A stretch of 64,000 bases of DNA from Dicyema japonicum (GCA_011109175.1 RDEW01000001.1:152594-216593); one strand, 5' to 3'. Numbered from the stretch's first letter, positions 1-12,660 are shown. Program-made: numbers and translations. The notes: a model not told the origin generated them from the sequence alone.

Positions 1-240
1 TTATGACAGTAAGGATGTGTGAGCAAAGCTTGGGTTTAAAGTCCCTATATGAATTGTGATAATGCTCACGTCATTCTCCATAAATATGAGGAAATCTGTC
101 CGTTTTTTTAACACCCATCATTCGATTAATTCGTTCATCGTTTTTTTAAATGAAATTATTCTTTCCGAGGCAAGAGAATAGCTGTGTGATTCAGTTGGCC
201 AATCAGGATATTATTTAAATCATGATTTCAATTAATTAAC

Positions 241-619
241 ACCAAATTATATCCTGAAAAATAACCGATCAGGTTAGTTTAAATGTTGGTATTAAACTCC
301 GCAATTGCTAAATACATTGTTCTTGTCCCTAATGGCACTGCATTCTGAAATACATTATTAATTACGTGTTTCTTCTATCGGCGTGTTGCCTACTCTAAAT
401 GTATTACATTCGAACATCTATAAGTGATNACACCAAATTATATCCAGAAAAATAACCGATCAGGTTAGTTTAAATGATGGTATTATACTCCGCAAATGCT
501 AACTACATTGTTCTTGTCCATAATGGCACTGAAGTCTGAAATACATTACTAATTACCTGTTTCTTCAATCTGCGTGTTGCCTACTCTAACTGTACTACAT
601 TCGAACATCTATAAGTGAT
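241..619. repeat. ~190-bp imperfect tandem duplication joined by a single N (429)
   Basis: 241-428 and 432-619 are near-identical (accaaattatatcc...ctataagtgat) with scattered mismatches, separated by one N; probably overlapping haplotypes at a scaffold join. Confidence 0.85.
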
Positions 620-2329
620 TATCTTCAATATGTATTGAATAATGAGGTTGTGCCATATGTCTATACTAAATATGACATCATACGTCTCTGGATTATCAAA
701 TCGATTCTTGCATACGATAAAACTATATTATTAATAATACTTATGCAATTCAACAAAATTAGAACCAATTTTAAAAATTTGAATAACATTTATTCTTTGG
801 GGAAAGATACTACATAAATTACAAAAAAATATACACAGATTCGAGAATGATAAATGTTCCGCAAAATCGATGGTTATGAATGTGAGGGAATTACATTCTT
901 GCAAAACTCTACACATTAAAAATATATATAACAAGCCGTAAAGGCTAGATGGGAATGTTTGTTTGTTTGCAGATTTCAAACACATGATTCTGACAGTGAC
1001 TATGAATAAATAATATTTAATACAAATTCTTTAAATTCATTCCCATAACTGAAAAATTGTCATCATGTCGAAATTTAATGTAATGAACTCTTAATATATA
1101 TATTTGAGAATCAAAGTATACGCCAGAAAATTGACAATCATTCTAAGTTCTTAATAATTATAATTTAATACAGAGACCCATGATCTATTACTTCGTCTTG
1201 GCAATTTTTCTGTGTTGTCAAAATGTAGAATGAGAAGTGCAACATGAAACAATAAATTACAGTCGTTATAANNNNNNNNNNNNNNNNNNNNNNNNNNNNN
1301 NNNNNNNNNNNNNNNNNNNNNNNNNNNNNNNNNNNNNNNNNNNNNNNNNNNNNNNNNNNNNNNNNNNNNNNNNNNNNNNNNNNNNNNNNNNNNNNNNNNN
1401 NNNNNNNNNNNNNNNNNNNNNNNNNNNNNNNNNNNNNNNNNNNNNNNNNNNNNNNNNNNNNNNNNNNNNNNNNNNNNNNNNNNNNNNNNNNNNNNNNNNN
1501 NNNNNNNNNNNNNNNNNNNNNNNNNNNNNNNNNNNNNNNNNNNNNNNNNNNNNNNNNNNNNNNNNNNNNNNNNNNNNNNNNNNNNNNNNNNNNNNNNNNN
1601 NNNNNNNNNNNNNNNNNNNNNNNNNNNNNNNNNNNNNNNNNNNNNNNNNNNNNNNNNNNNNNNNNNNNNNNNNNNNNNNNNNNNNNNNNNNNNNNNCATT
1701 CATACATTTGAATTTATTAATTTATAAATTTATCATTTTTTATTTTTAAATTAAACATTAAGCTATAATCACACAAATACCGTATCAAATTCCCGGATAT
1801 AAGATTCAATGACATCTTAAAGTCAGATATCACTTCTTTGTTCTGGGCAAAAATTACTGAACAAACTTGATTTTATTAGTCAGTACCTTCCAGCGATACA
1901 ATGTCACATGGATTCAGGGAGGGTTTCTCCATTACAACACACCTGGATAAAGAAAGTGGTAAAAGCGAGAGTTAGAAAATGATGCTATTTTGTGCCACCA
2001 ATTCTAGCACTTATCGAAAGACGATATCCAGAATAACAATAAATAATCAATACTAAAGAAACAAACTATTATTGAAAATTCTAAAAGACCGTGTCTCTAT
2101 TATGTCTTGATTAACATACAGAAAAATCTTCCAAATTTGCCATTTTTGGTTCCAGCATTTTTTGCGGAAAATATGGGAATATGCAAATTTCAGATTTTAA
2201 TTAATAATTTTAAAATCGTTATTGGATAACTTCTCATCGATGAAAATAACTAAATTTGATTTTAATACTTAAAAAATTTTATTTAAAAAAGTGTAAAATC
2301 ACTTCGGTTCTAAAAGAAACTTGGATACC

Positions 2330-2450
2330 TTGCTACGCTAAAAAGCCACGACGCACGTGAGACCCGTTGCGTTCTCCAGTTGATTTCTGTTCCAATTGTG
2401 AGAGGCAACGACGTCGATAATGTCGGCGGAGTCAACTTTGGATGGTTGCC
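2330..2450 (-). repeat. Dispersed ~120-bp repeat, inverted copy of 34697-34815
   Basis: The reverse complement reads caaccatccaaagttgactccgccgacattatcgac...gggtctcacgtgcgtcgtggctttt, matching 34697-34815. Confidence 0.75.
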
Positions 2451-2504
2451 TGTGTTAATTTAATTACATCATTGATTGTTTTATGTTACAAAAATTAAGT
2501 ATTA

Positions 2505-2690
2505 AAATAAAATTCAATTCCCATTTACTTCTTTTATAAATTTCTAACATTTGCATTAAATCTTCTAATGGATGTAATATAAATGACATTCTTATCGTTT
2601 TCAACATTTTCAAGAAGGTTCTTTTCAATTTCGCTTAACATTGATGCTATTTCATTGTGTTTAGGGGTTTCACTTCAGTAGTTTATTCAT
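2505..2690 (-). mobile_element. Tigger/pogo-like transposase C-terminal remnant
   Basis: Homologous to 9000-9170 (aacccctaaa...aatgggaattgaattttattt); translates to ...ENVENDKNVIYITSIRRFNANVRNL. Confidence 0.45.
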
Positions 2691-4286
2691 GGATGAGCAT
2701 TTCAATTTAAAACGAATTTTCACGTTGTCCTTTCACATTTTAGATGCAAGCAATAAAATTCTCTGTCTGAATCCATTAATTTTTCAACCTAATAAATATT
2801 TTTACGAAATATAAACCCCAAAATTTTGTAAAGTTGGAATATTAATAAAAATCTTTATTTAATATTGGTTTCAACATCAATAAGTTTTTAATAAAATGCA
2901 GATAATTCCTTTTACATTTATTAAATTGATATTGTATCCTTGCAAACTAATATTTACTTGATTAATTTTATGAAAAATCTTAAAATGATTTTTCAGTCTN
3001 NNNNNNNNNNNNNNNNNNNNNNNNNNNNNNNNNNNNNNNNNNNNNNNNNNNNNNNNNNNNNNNNNNNNNNNNNNNNNNNNNNNNNNNNNNNNNNNNNNNN
3101 NNNNNNNNNNNNNNNNNNNNNNNNNNNNNNNNNNNNNNNNNNNNNNNNNNNNNNNNNNNNNNNNNNNNNNNNNNNNNNNNNNNNNNNNNNNNNNNNNNNN
3201 NNNNNNNNNNNNNNNNNNNNNNNNNNNNNNNNNNNNNNNNNNNNNNNNNNNNNNNNNNNNNNNNNNNNNNNNNNNNNNNNNNNNNNNNNNNNNNNNNNNN
3301 NNNNNNNNNNNNNNNNNNNNNNNNNNNNNNNNNNNNNNNNNNNNNNNNNNNNNNNNNNNNNNNNNNNNNNNNNNNNNNNNNNNNNNNNNNNNNNNNNNNN
3401 NNNNNNNNNNNNNNNNNNNNNNNNNNNNNNNNNNNNNNNNNNNNNNNNNNNNNNNNNNNNNNNNNNNNNNNNNNNNNNNNNNNNNNNNNNNNNNNNNNNN
3501 NNNNNNNNNNNNNNNNNNNNNNNNNNNNNNNNNNNNNNNNNNNNNNNNNNNTTTTCGAAGTTATCAAATAAATAAATAATAAGGAATTAGGAAACCCATG
3601 CGGGGGACTACCAGTCTCTCTTAAACGACAACTGGATTGAGTTACTCGAGAAACATTTCGAAAGGCAGTGAGGTCGCTGACGGTCCACCTAAGAAAAGTG
3701 TCAGAGTTACTAGAAGCTGGGATCATTTAATTAACTCACTTTGGCACTTTCTTTCTTAGTATTCTATCTCCCCCCATATAGCCTAACGATGGAATCCCCA
3801 TTCTATTTGCTGGCGACTTATCAGTCCGATCCCATCGGTTAGGGATACAAGTCACCGAGTCCAGTAAATACTGGAATAGGTCCTCACCTTCATACATCCT
3901 CTGAATGAGGAACGTCGTGGATACAGGAATTTGGTGAAAACACCTAAATTCATCCTCTGTGATGAGGAATGGCGGGATTGCATAACTTGTTAGGCTTAAC
4001 GACTTGGCTTAGGTCATGATACTAAGTCATGATATGATTTCGTGAAGCCGGTCCTGTTATATAACTCTTCCTGCTGGGCGGGACCTTAGTCTCAGAAACC
4101 AAAAATCTTAACTCTCACTTACCATTTATGTTTTATGTATCGTACTGCCTAGCAAGAAATCCTTGCATATACTCATTTTCCTTATTTGGAAAGACAGGCC
4201 ATAGAACAATAATAAACATTTCCATAAAAAACAAAGCGAGTAATCCAATTAAATAAATTAAATTCATTAAAATTAAACAATAACAA

Positions 4287-5310
4287 CTATCCTTTGATAA
4301 CTTCAATTGGACGAAATTTGATGCACTTTTTACTAACATACATGTGTTCACTATTTCGGAAACTTCTTTATATGACTGGGTAGCCTCTTCCATTATCAAC
4401 TTGGGGGAGGCCACTCTGATAGAGATTTCCTTTCTGTCTTATTACTTCCAGCTTCGTGATACGTGGCTCTAAATAACTCAGAAAAGCCGACGTCTGTCCT
4501 AGTCTGCACATAAGTGCACGTGCCCATCGTCCTAGGCTGGTCAGTCAACTACAAATATAGACTCTAGCAAACTTGGTAATCAATAGGGGTCAAAGGATGA
4601 TGAGGCGGAAATGGTCGGGATGATCCCATCCGTCTCCCATCAACCTCATGTCCTCCACTTCAGCGATGTTATACGAGACGTCATATATCACGTGCATATC
4701 TAACTCTTCCGGGAAGTCTCAAACCGTTTGTAGAAGGCCTTCAAATTAATGTGGACAATACCTGCCGCGTAAAAACGTAATCGAGGATCGGTTCACCAAA
4801 GAATAGTTGACCGCTGCAGCCATCGCCTTTAAATAGTTCTGGCCTTTCTGAACTGATCCTTGCGCAGGCAAGTTAAAGTCATTCATATCAATCTGGTCTC
4901 TTCTTATAGACTTGTCCATATCAACCAGAAAATCTTGGTTGAATCAAAAGAATTAACCAGTAGCATCTTGGTGACTCAGTTCTCGACTTCCAATGTGGAT
5001 CATCGCACAAACTTGGCTTATTCTGTCGATCCCCATCTTGGAGGAGGCAAATTGTCATAAATTGAATCTCCGCATAGTGATTTTTCGCACCCTATTTACT
5101 TAGCTTAAGAAGATCAAATTTTATGGCCTTGAAAATGACTTTGGAAGGGTTCACCTGTAACATGCGACGTACTCTCTACAATACTCTTTACCCTCAGTCG
5201 TCTAGTACTCCTGGAGGTCTATAGAACATCAACCTTGTCCATTCCACGCTCATCAACAGGGACTCTTCCAGATCCCTGAATTACAAGGTTAACTCGCCAT
5301 GGCAACCACT
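4287..5310 (-). pseudogene. RTCB: RtcB tRNA-splicing ligase, 5'-truncated unprocessed pseudogene
   Basis: Collinear RtcB motifs: [132 protein letters not shown] (stop 4289-4287). It has frameshifts, internal deletions and retained 23-24-nt GT-AG introns. Confidence 0.9.
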
Positions 5311-5489
5311 GTTCGACCATTTGTTTATTTTAATTTGTCATTAATAAAAATATGTTGGCTTAATTTTTTATTTACTGAATAAAGAAAAAATAGAAAAATT
5401 ATCCAAGAAATTAAAATTATTTATTAGTCTACTAATTGTAGACAATACGTTACGGATACGTGTAATCTTCATTTTAAATTATTTGTTAA

Positions 5490-5850
5490 TAACAAGTGTG
5501 TTAAGCGTTTATTAAAAGCATGCCTGAACTCTTGGAGGGACTCTTTAGATGTTGAAGATTTCAACTTTTCTTTTTTTATTTGAACTGTAAATGATAAAAA
5601 TTTTGCAAGAAACGTTGTTAGATGAGAACTGCTTATAATATCTCATGTTGATTATTTATTCAGTTCAAGGCTGTTATGATCCCTTACTTGGTTGATCCAT
5701 CAGAGAGTTTGAATTCTTGGTTTAAAAACATTGATCCAAAAATAGAGTTTATAAAACAACAAATATTTGAATTCTTTAAAAAAAAACGATTTTGCAAAAC
5801 GTTGGCAGTGTTGAAAGCTGATAAATTTGGACCGATTTTATATCAATATA
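5490..5850 (+). pseudogene. DYNC2H1: Cytoplasmic dynein-2 heavy chain fragment (AAA5 region)
   Basis: LLKACLNSWRDSLDVEDFNF, IPYLVDPSESLNSWFK...EFIKQQ and RFCKTLAVLKADKFGPILY align in order with remembered DYNC2H1 (LRKTCLEEW..., PFLIDPSSQATEWLK...EVINQQ, RFGKTLIIQEMDGVEPVLY). Stops are present and the flanks are missing. Confidence 0.65.
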
Positions 5851-5859
5851 CAGCGGGAA

Positions 5860-6290
5860 ATAAAAATCTATGGTTTCTAATAATTCTTGATTTACAGTCT
5901 CCACCGGACGAGTGAACTGAGTGGATAAACTATTGGACAAAATGAGATCTTCAGAACAAGCATGAAATAAAAATCTATGGTTTCTGATAATTCTTGATTT
6001 ACGGTCTCCACCGAACGAGTGAACTGAGTGGACAAACTACTGGACAAAATGAGATCTTTAGAACAAGCATGTCAGACAGGCGATCCTCTGCAAGCAGGCG
6101 TGCACCCAGCATAAGGGATTGTCACACAGTCGACGATATTGGAATGGACATGTCATTAAAATGCGGCCACCAGAGAAAAGTAGCGGTTTTCTGTCAATGG
6201 CTTGTTTGAAAAATCGCCGTTATGAGCGTTCACGTGGACAGAAGACGTTCATACACTCAAACTATACGTTCTCCCTTATATACGAACGTT
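5860..6290 (+). mobile_element. RTE-clade LINE 3' remnant with ~105-bp tandem duplication
   Basis: RRYWNGHVIKM...RSRGQK resembles the RTE C-terminal RWAGHVxRM...RGRPKKRW; 5861-5964 is repeated at 5967-6070. Confidence 0.55.
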
Positions 6291-6419
6291 CCCAGGACAA
6301 CGACACTATTTTACAAGGTGCGTGCTTCCACTGTTTGGTAGACACTGGTTACTTGCGGCCATATTATTATTATTAGAAATTTCCGTGGAACCAGAAAAGT
6401 TAACTAATTTGAAATTCCA

Positions 6420-6550
6420 GTTTTTCCATGCATCTCTGGATATGCGCCGTGAGTCGTTTCCATCCTCCCGTGTTTCTCGCATCCGCCCTCAGATCAACCA
6501 GATCCTCGCTGTTTTCAGTTTTCTTCCTACTTGCGTCCATAACATGATAT
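6420..6550 (-). mobile_element. RTE-clade LINE extreme 3' remnant
   Basis: SEDLVDLRADARNTGGWKRLT resembles the C-termini of the RTE copies at 23.1 kb and 32.9 kb. Confidence 0.45.
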
Positions 6551-8699
6551 AAATTGTTTTATTTATTGGCATAATTTTAACAAATTTAAAAAAAATAATA
6601 AACTGTATTTTATGGAATTGTGGTGATCAAGAAGTTTCGATTTGAAAGTCCTCCCTGGTATGAAGGATTTCATGTCGATTATTAATTTTTATACTTCCAA
6701 GACAGGTCTTGCAAACCACGTGACTGATTTATTTATCTCTTAACTTCTGGAACTTACTATAAACATGAAAAACCTAATGTTGCATTAGAATTGGGAGAAT
6801 TGGTAGCATCGGAGAATTGTATGTCTTTGGAGTTGATCCACCTCGAAGATTCTTTAATTCTGGTATAGATTGATTTGAATTAGAATTTAACAAAATTCAA
6901 GAGAAGTATCCTCGAGGATTTGGAACTACTGAAACCTTGAATAAAATAAATATAAATAGTCAAATTATTAGCAATTTCATCAAGTCCGCTCAAAGAAGAG
7001 GTAGATTTTCACGGAATTTCTTGAATTTGGTGTTTCTGTTTATTAACTACTGTACGAACTTTATAAACGTGAATAATAAATATTATTAAACGCATTTCTT
7101 TCAATATCTCAGAAATCTCTCTCACCGTGTTCTGTACTGTTGCATTAACAATTTCTAGAGAGACTACAAAGACTGGTAGATATAATCAGCTTTTAAGCCA
7201 TATCAAGAATTATTGTGGGAGACATTAAAAATGTCTGCATAATATCTACAATGATTACAGTATGACATTCAGATTATATTAAGGGCACTCAATTCATCTA
7301 TAATTGTTTGGAAACTCGGTAAAACGAATGTTTTAAGTGTTTATTAAGTAATGGAAGATATTCAATCAGATTGTGGATAGTTTTAAGACTCTGAAGACTA
7401 AAGTTCAAGTTGGATTGTGAAGTATAGAGTGCGACTGCATTAGAATTTGTAGGTATTCTGAAATAGTCAAAAAAGGATAATTTACGTGAATATTACGCCT
7501 GCTTGAAATTGGAGAATGAAGGACTGTGGAAACGCCACAATGTGAAAATGAGTTCCCCAACCTCATGAAAATCTCATCCTTCCAAAAATGCTTACTAATG
7601 TAGCACTCAGACATGACTTCTTCAAACTGCCTTCAGTGGCTTTGTCTTTCTTCCATCGGCTTAACTTACAACATATTTCAGGGAATTCTGGATATCGCCC
7701 GACATTATGAATGGACCACGTGACAGCAAGTGAGGACAATTGTGGCAAACAACTCAACGATTATTGGAATCTCTCAGATCACAGTATTTGAAAGTAGTGA
7801 AGTAGAGGTCATGACTAGATTGGTTTCCCCGGATAACAGGTCTGGGAGGTACTGGATGATGCATCAAAACTTGACTGGAGCACGTGACACCACGTGTGCA
7901 CAATACTAGATATTGACACAACGATTTTCGAGATTCTAACAGGCCATAGTTTTTATAAGAAGTGAGATAGAGGTCATGAAGAGACTGGTCACTAACGGAT
8001 AACAGTTTTGGAAGGTAATGGCTGATGGCCCAAAGATTGAATGGACCTCGTGTGCACAATGTATCTTTGCTTACTGTTTGTCCGAGTAGGTCATCAATAA
8101 TTATGTTATTCTTTTATTTTTTTATTAAAAAGACTGATGATTTAACATTTTAGTTCTACTTTTATATTAACTATGTCATTTTCCACTTCTATTTTTACGT
8201 GATTTTTTTCAAGTTGTTTGATTTTAGTCGAAGTATCGTTAGGAGCTATAAGTGACTCTTTTTCATTATTCTGTATTTTGAATTGTTAATTCTGAAATCC
8301 CTTTGTTCCGAAAATAACGGCGATATTCATTCATTACTATTTCCAACAGATAATGTGTTATTGTTAGAATCTATGATTTGTTGGTACATCCCGTAAGGAT
8401 AGTTGTTTTAAGTTATTATTTTGTTGTGGTTGGTTGTGTGTTTTTGGTGTCTCATATTTCTCTTTAGTATTGTTTTTTTTAATTTCAGCGTTTTCGATCA
8501 CTAAACCTTGTCCAACATATTAATTCTACCTTTGGCTTCCTACTGTCGTTTCGTCGTTTCGAACATACCATGGGGTTTTTCCCTCACTCTGCTTGTTTTC
8601 TTGACTATAATTTAGGACTCAGACCTTACATCCACCTACTAGTTGAGTTCGCCAGATTGGAGGGTTGCAGTTAAGCAATTTATATCATTCAAAATGTTA

Positions 8700-9180
8700 A
8701 ACGACAATGTTCGATATCCCAGAACACCTCTTTTTTAAGAATATGATAAGAACGATTACTGAATTCAGCCAGATGACAGCACCGAGCGGGGTTGGCATCC
8801 ATTCAGTACGTGCAGTCTTATTTGTAAAGACATCTCGCAGCTAATTTCGACATTCGGATTATCTAATGCGGATATTCACGATCCGATTGAAATCGAAGAA
8901 TTTATGTCTATAAATTATTCTGAAAAAATGCAATAGATGAAGAAGAAATAACATCATTAATTGATGATAATGAAATAATTATGCATGAAGAAAGTACTAA
9001 AAAACCCCTAAAACAGAATGAAATAGCATCCAAGTTAAGGGAAATTGAAAAGGATCTTCTAAGAACGTTGAAAACGAAGAGGACGTCGTCCCTATTATAT
9101 CTATTCGAAGATTTATTGCAAATATCAGAAATATAAAAAAGAAGCAAATGGGAATTGAATTTTATTTCGTTAAAATTTAA
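8700..9180 (+). mobile_element. Tigger/pogo-like transposase C-terminal remnant
   Basis: IEIEEFMSIN..AIDEEEITSLI acidic segment and terminal KKKQMGIEFYF (QxxIxxFF-like motif); frameshifted; paralog at 2505-2690. Confidence 0.45.
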
Positions 9181-9599
9181 TACTTCATTTTTTAAATTAA
9201 TTTTTTTTCGTAATAAAATCAAATTTAGTAACTATTTTAAAATTATTNNNNNNNNNNNNNNNNNNNNNNNNNNNNNNNNNNNNNNNNNNNNNNNNNNNNN
9301 NNNNNNNNNNNNNNNNNNNNNNNNNNNNNNNNNNNNNNNNNNNNNNNNNNNNNNNNNNNNNNNNNNNNNNNNNNNNNNNNNNNNNNNNNNNNNNNNNNNN
9401 NNNNNNNNNNNNNNNNNNNNNNNNNNNNNNNNNNNNNNNNNNNNNNNNNNNNNNNNNNNNNNNNNNNNNNNNNNNNNNNNNNNNNNNNNNNNNNNNNNNN
9501 NNNNNNNNNNNNNNNNNNNNNNNNNNNNNNNNNNNNNNNNNNNNNNNNNNNNNNNNNNNNNNNNNNNNNNNNNNNNNNNNNNNNNNNNNNNNNNNNNNN

Positions 9600-10570
9600 A
9601 GAAAAGTTTTGCTGTTGTAAAATACACAATTTGGAAATAACCCCTGTAATTAACATGTTTTGCTACTTTATTTGTATATTCACTATAGTTTGAATGTTTT
9701 GGAAATTTTAATATTAAATATATAATTTCAGATTCAGCTACAACCGAAACTTGTTCGGATTGTGGAATTGGTCCAATTGTAGGAGTTAGTTTGCTTTCAT
9801 TATGAAAAACCACGCGGACTCGATTTATATTAAAAGTTACTAATATCATAAGTACGTAATTCAATTTCTCCAGAGACATTACTTTTTGAAGAAAATTCTA
9901 TTTTTCCTTCTACTTTTTGTTCGATGATTTCATATTTTTTATTACTATCTAGAGGAATGCCATTCACTGGATCAAAGATTGCTTTTCTTGCTATAGACGC
10001 TGTTTCATTTGATAGATTATCTATTGATTCAAGTAATTCAAAAAAATCTTTAACATTTTGACCGTTCTAATATTATTATTTAAAATCAAAAACCTCATCG
10101 GTGTGATTACTTATCAATTTATCTTAGAATTAAAAAAATGACAAACCTGCTAATTTTTCTAATTTATAATTAGGTTCGATTATTTTAACAAAGATTTTGA
10201 AGTTTGATGAATTTCCTCCATTTAGCAAGTTATTTAAATATTCATTTAGGAAATCATCTCTCGACTTTAATAAAATATAGGTAGAATTTTCATTTGGTCT
10301 TTCACTTTGTAAATATTCAATCATCATTTGAAAATTTATAAACATATTATTTTTATTTACACAATTAGTATTATATTCTGAATTACCAACAAAAATTATT
10401 TCTGTAGAATTTAAATTTTTTAAATAATTTTCTAAAATAATTTGTAATCTGTTTCTTAATTCCTCTTTTATGGTATCGTATACAAACTGTTTAAATTGGA
10501 AATCATTAAAATTAAAGGCCATTATTTGGCAAATAGACATTAAGCTCAAAAAAGGTATTGATTTTTTTGT
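9600..10570 (-). CDS. Lineage-specific family A gene, spliced copy (unknown function; runs into gap)
   Basis: The 10549-10147 exon (FNFNDFQFKQF...KLEKLA) splices in frame across GT-AG introns 10146-10123 (24 nt), 10093-10067 (27 nt) and 9840-9819 (22 nt) into DKLISNHTDE / NGQNVKDFF...RTYDI / IRVVFHNES... The 5' end appears disrupted. Confidence 0.7.
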
Positions 10571-10749
10571 TCAACAGCAGAACGTATCTTCAATGTCCGG
10601 TTTGAAGAAGCCTCGTAGAAGCAGGCCATTGTGGTTTTGGATATCTTTCTAGATAATGAATGCGTTCGTATTAGGATCTCATTACGACTCAGATTGAGAG
10701 TTTGTGTGCCGCATCCATGTCGATGTGTGGACCAGATTGACTGTTAATG

Positions 10750-10850
10750 ATCATTCTCTCTCTCAACTACACTGGAGGGGTTTCCACAACTGCTAGGAAT
10801 AGACGTCTTTTACCTTTTATGCTGGTTCTGGATGGACTTGTGTGCCATCT
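10750..10850 (-). repeat. Dispersed repeat shared with 42270-42360
   Basis: The reverse complement gtccatccagaaccagcataaaaggtaaaagacgtc...gttgtggaaacccctccagtg matches 42270-42360. Confidence 0.7.
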
Positions 10851-11010
10851 GAAGGATTCTTTCTGTGACAGGGGAACTAGATAACTTAATTTTTTTAAAT
10901 TTAATTAGTTGTTAACTGTTAACTTCTTTCTCGGTGTAAATAATAATAAAACAGATTTTAAAATATAATTTAAATTAAAAAAAACAATAAAATTTTGATT
11001 ATATATCGAC

Positions 11011-11821
11011 ATGACTAATCTAACAGACTTGATTTATGAAATAAGAAGGTTACAGATTATTCCGCCTTATGTGATACAAGTGGAAAAATTTTTTCTTATA
11101 TTTTGGTCTTTATTGGGAATTCCTGGAAACATTTTTTCAATTGTAACCTGGAGTAATCCTGAACTGTGGAAATTTTCTTCGGGGCTGTATATGTTTTCGT
11201 TGGGATTTGTTGAGTTGCTGTTTTTCATTTCGAACTGTGGATTGCGATCAGTCGTTGTGCTGGGAAGTAATCGTCTAGATTCAAGTGATTTCATGTGCAA
11301 ACTAAATGCATTACTCTTCAATTTTTGTCAATACTGTTCGCCTATGCTGATCCTCTGTTTCAGTGTTGAGAGATTCATTTCGATCAGAAAACCTTTACTA
11401 CGAAGGATTTACTGCTCGCAGAGGACAGCGAGGATAGCAATTATAGTCGTGATTTGTGTTTGCTTATTGCTAAGCATCCCTTCCGGAGTTTCCTACAAGA
11501 GTGAGCGAGACATATTTGGGGTGTATTCCTGTAAGATCCTCATCGACGAAAAATTTAAGAATTTTCTGAAATATTATTTTATTGTAGTTCAGATAATCAT
11601 GGTTATAGTCATTCCTTTGGCTGTCATAATATTGAACATGATATTGATTCGTTTCTGCAAAATAACCGATGTAGAAAATCCCCTATTCTCTCGGTTGACG
11701 ATTAACCTGTGTGTGACTTCGCTATTCTTTGTCACGTGTGCCTTGTCTTACTCAATAATCTACGTTATCGACATTAGTGTTACAAAGGAATATAAGACTA
11801 AAAGTATTAATGTGAATTTTG
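11011..11821 (+). CDS. Rhodopsin-family (class A) peptide-type GPCR, 3' end lost in gap
   Basis: Six hydrophobic helices with GIPGN (TM1), LGFVE (TM2), CKLN...SVERFISIRKP (TM3), LLLSIP (TM4), an ECL2 Cys and VIPL (TM5). The ORF is uninterrupted up to the N-run at 11822. Confidence 0.9.
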
Positions 11822-12155
11822 NNNNNNNNNNNNNNNNNNNNNNNNNNNNNNNNNNNNNNNNNNNNNNNNNNNNNNNNNNNNNNNNNNNNNNNNNNNNNNN
11901 NNNNNNNNNNNNNNNNNNNNNNNNNNNNNNNNNNNNNNNNNNNNNNNNNNNNNNNNNNNNNNNNNNNNNNNNNNNNNNNNNNNNNNNNNNNNNNNNNNNN
12001 NNNNNNNNNNNNNNNNNNNNNNNNNNNNNNNNNNNNNNNNNNNNNNNNNNNNNNNNNNNNNNNNNNNNNNNNNNNNNNNNNNNNNNNNNNNNNNNNNNNN
12101 NNNNNNNNNNNNNNNNNNNNNNNNNNNNNNNNNNNNNNNNNNNNNNNNNNNNNNN

Positions 12156-12317
12156 AAAATCGTTTCTTAATTCTTCTTTTAGTGTCTCGATTACAACACT
12201 CTTCAATTCCATAGTAGTAAAATTGAAAGCAATTATTTGGCAAATAGATATCTCTAAACCCAAAAGAGTATTTGATTTTAAAGTATCATAGAAAATATTT
12301 GTATTGGTACTACCCAT
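12156..12317 (-). CDS. Family A copy, 5' part only (runs into gap)
   Basis: MGSTNTNIFYDTLKSNTLLGLEISICQIIAFNFTTMELK... is closely similar to the N-terminus of the 13233 copy. Confidence 0.65.
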
Positions 12318-12339
12318 CTAAAAATAAGAAAAATTTAAC

Positions 12340-12660
12340 ATGTATGAATAAGTAATTAATATTTGGCAAATAATTTGGTTCCTGACTAAGTAAAATAATT
12401 ATTTGATTAAGACCTATAAATAATTTATGTACATACAGTAATTCAATTCTCTTATGCCAAGACACCAGTTTAATGTCTCAATATGTGCAACATCAAAAAT
12501 TTAACATGTGTGAATAAGTTATTAATATTTGGCAAATAATTTGGTTCCTGACTAAGTAAAATAATTATCTGATTAAGACCTATAAATAATTTATGTACAT
12601 ACAGAAATTCAATTTTCTTATGCCAAGACACCAGTTTAATGTCTCAATATGTGCAACATC
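12340..12660. repeat. ~165-bp tandem duplication between family A copies
   Basis: aaaaatttaacatgt...caatatgtgcaacatc occurs twice; related sequence lies upstream of 13233. Confidence 0.8.

Noticed and set aside
241-619. Tandem duplication as a biological repeat (also 15794-16130)
   Set aside because: Each pair is joined by exactly one N, typical of unresolved overlapping contig ends or haplotypes.
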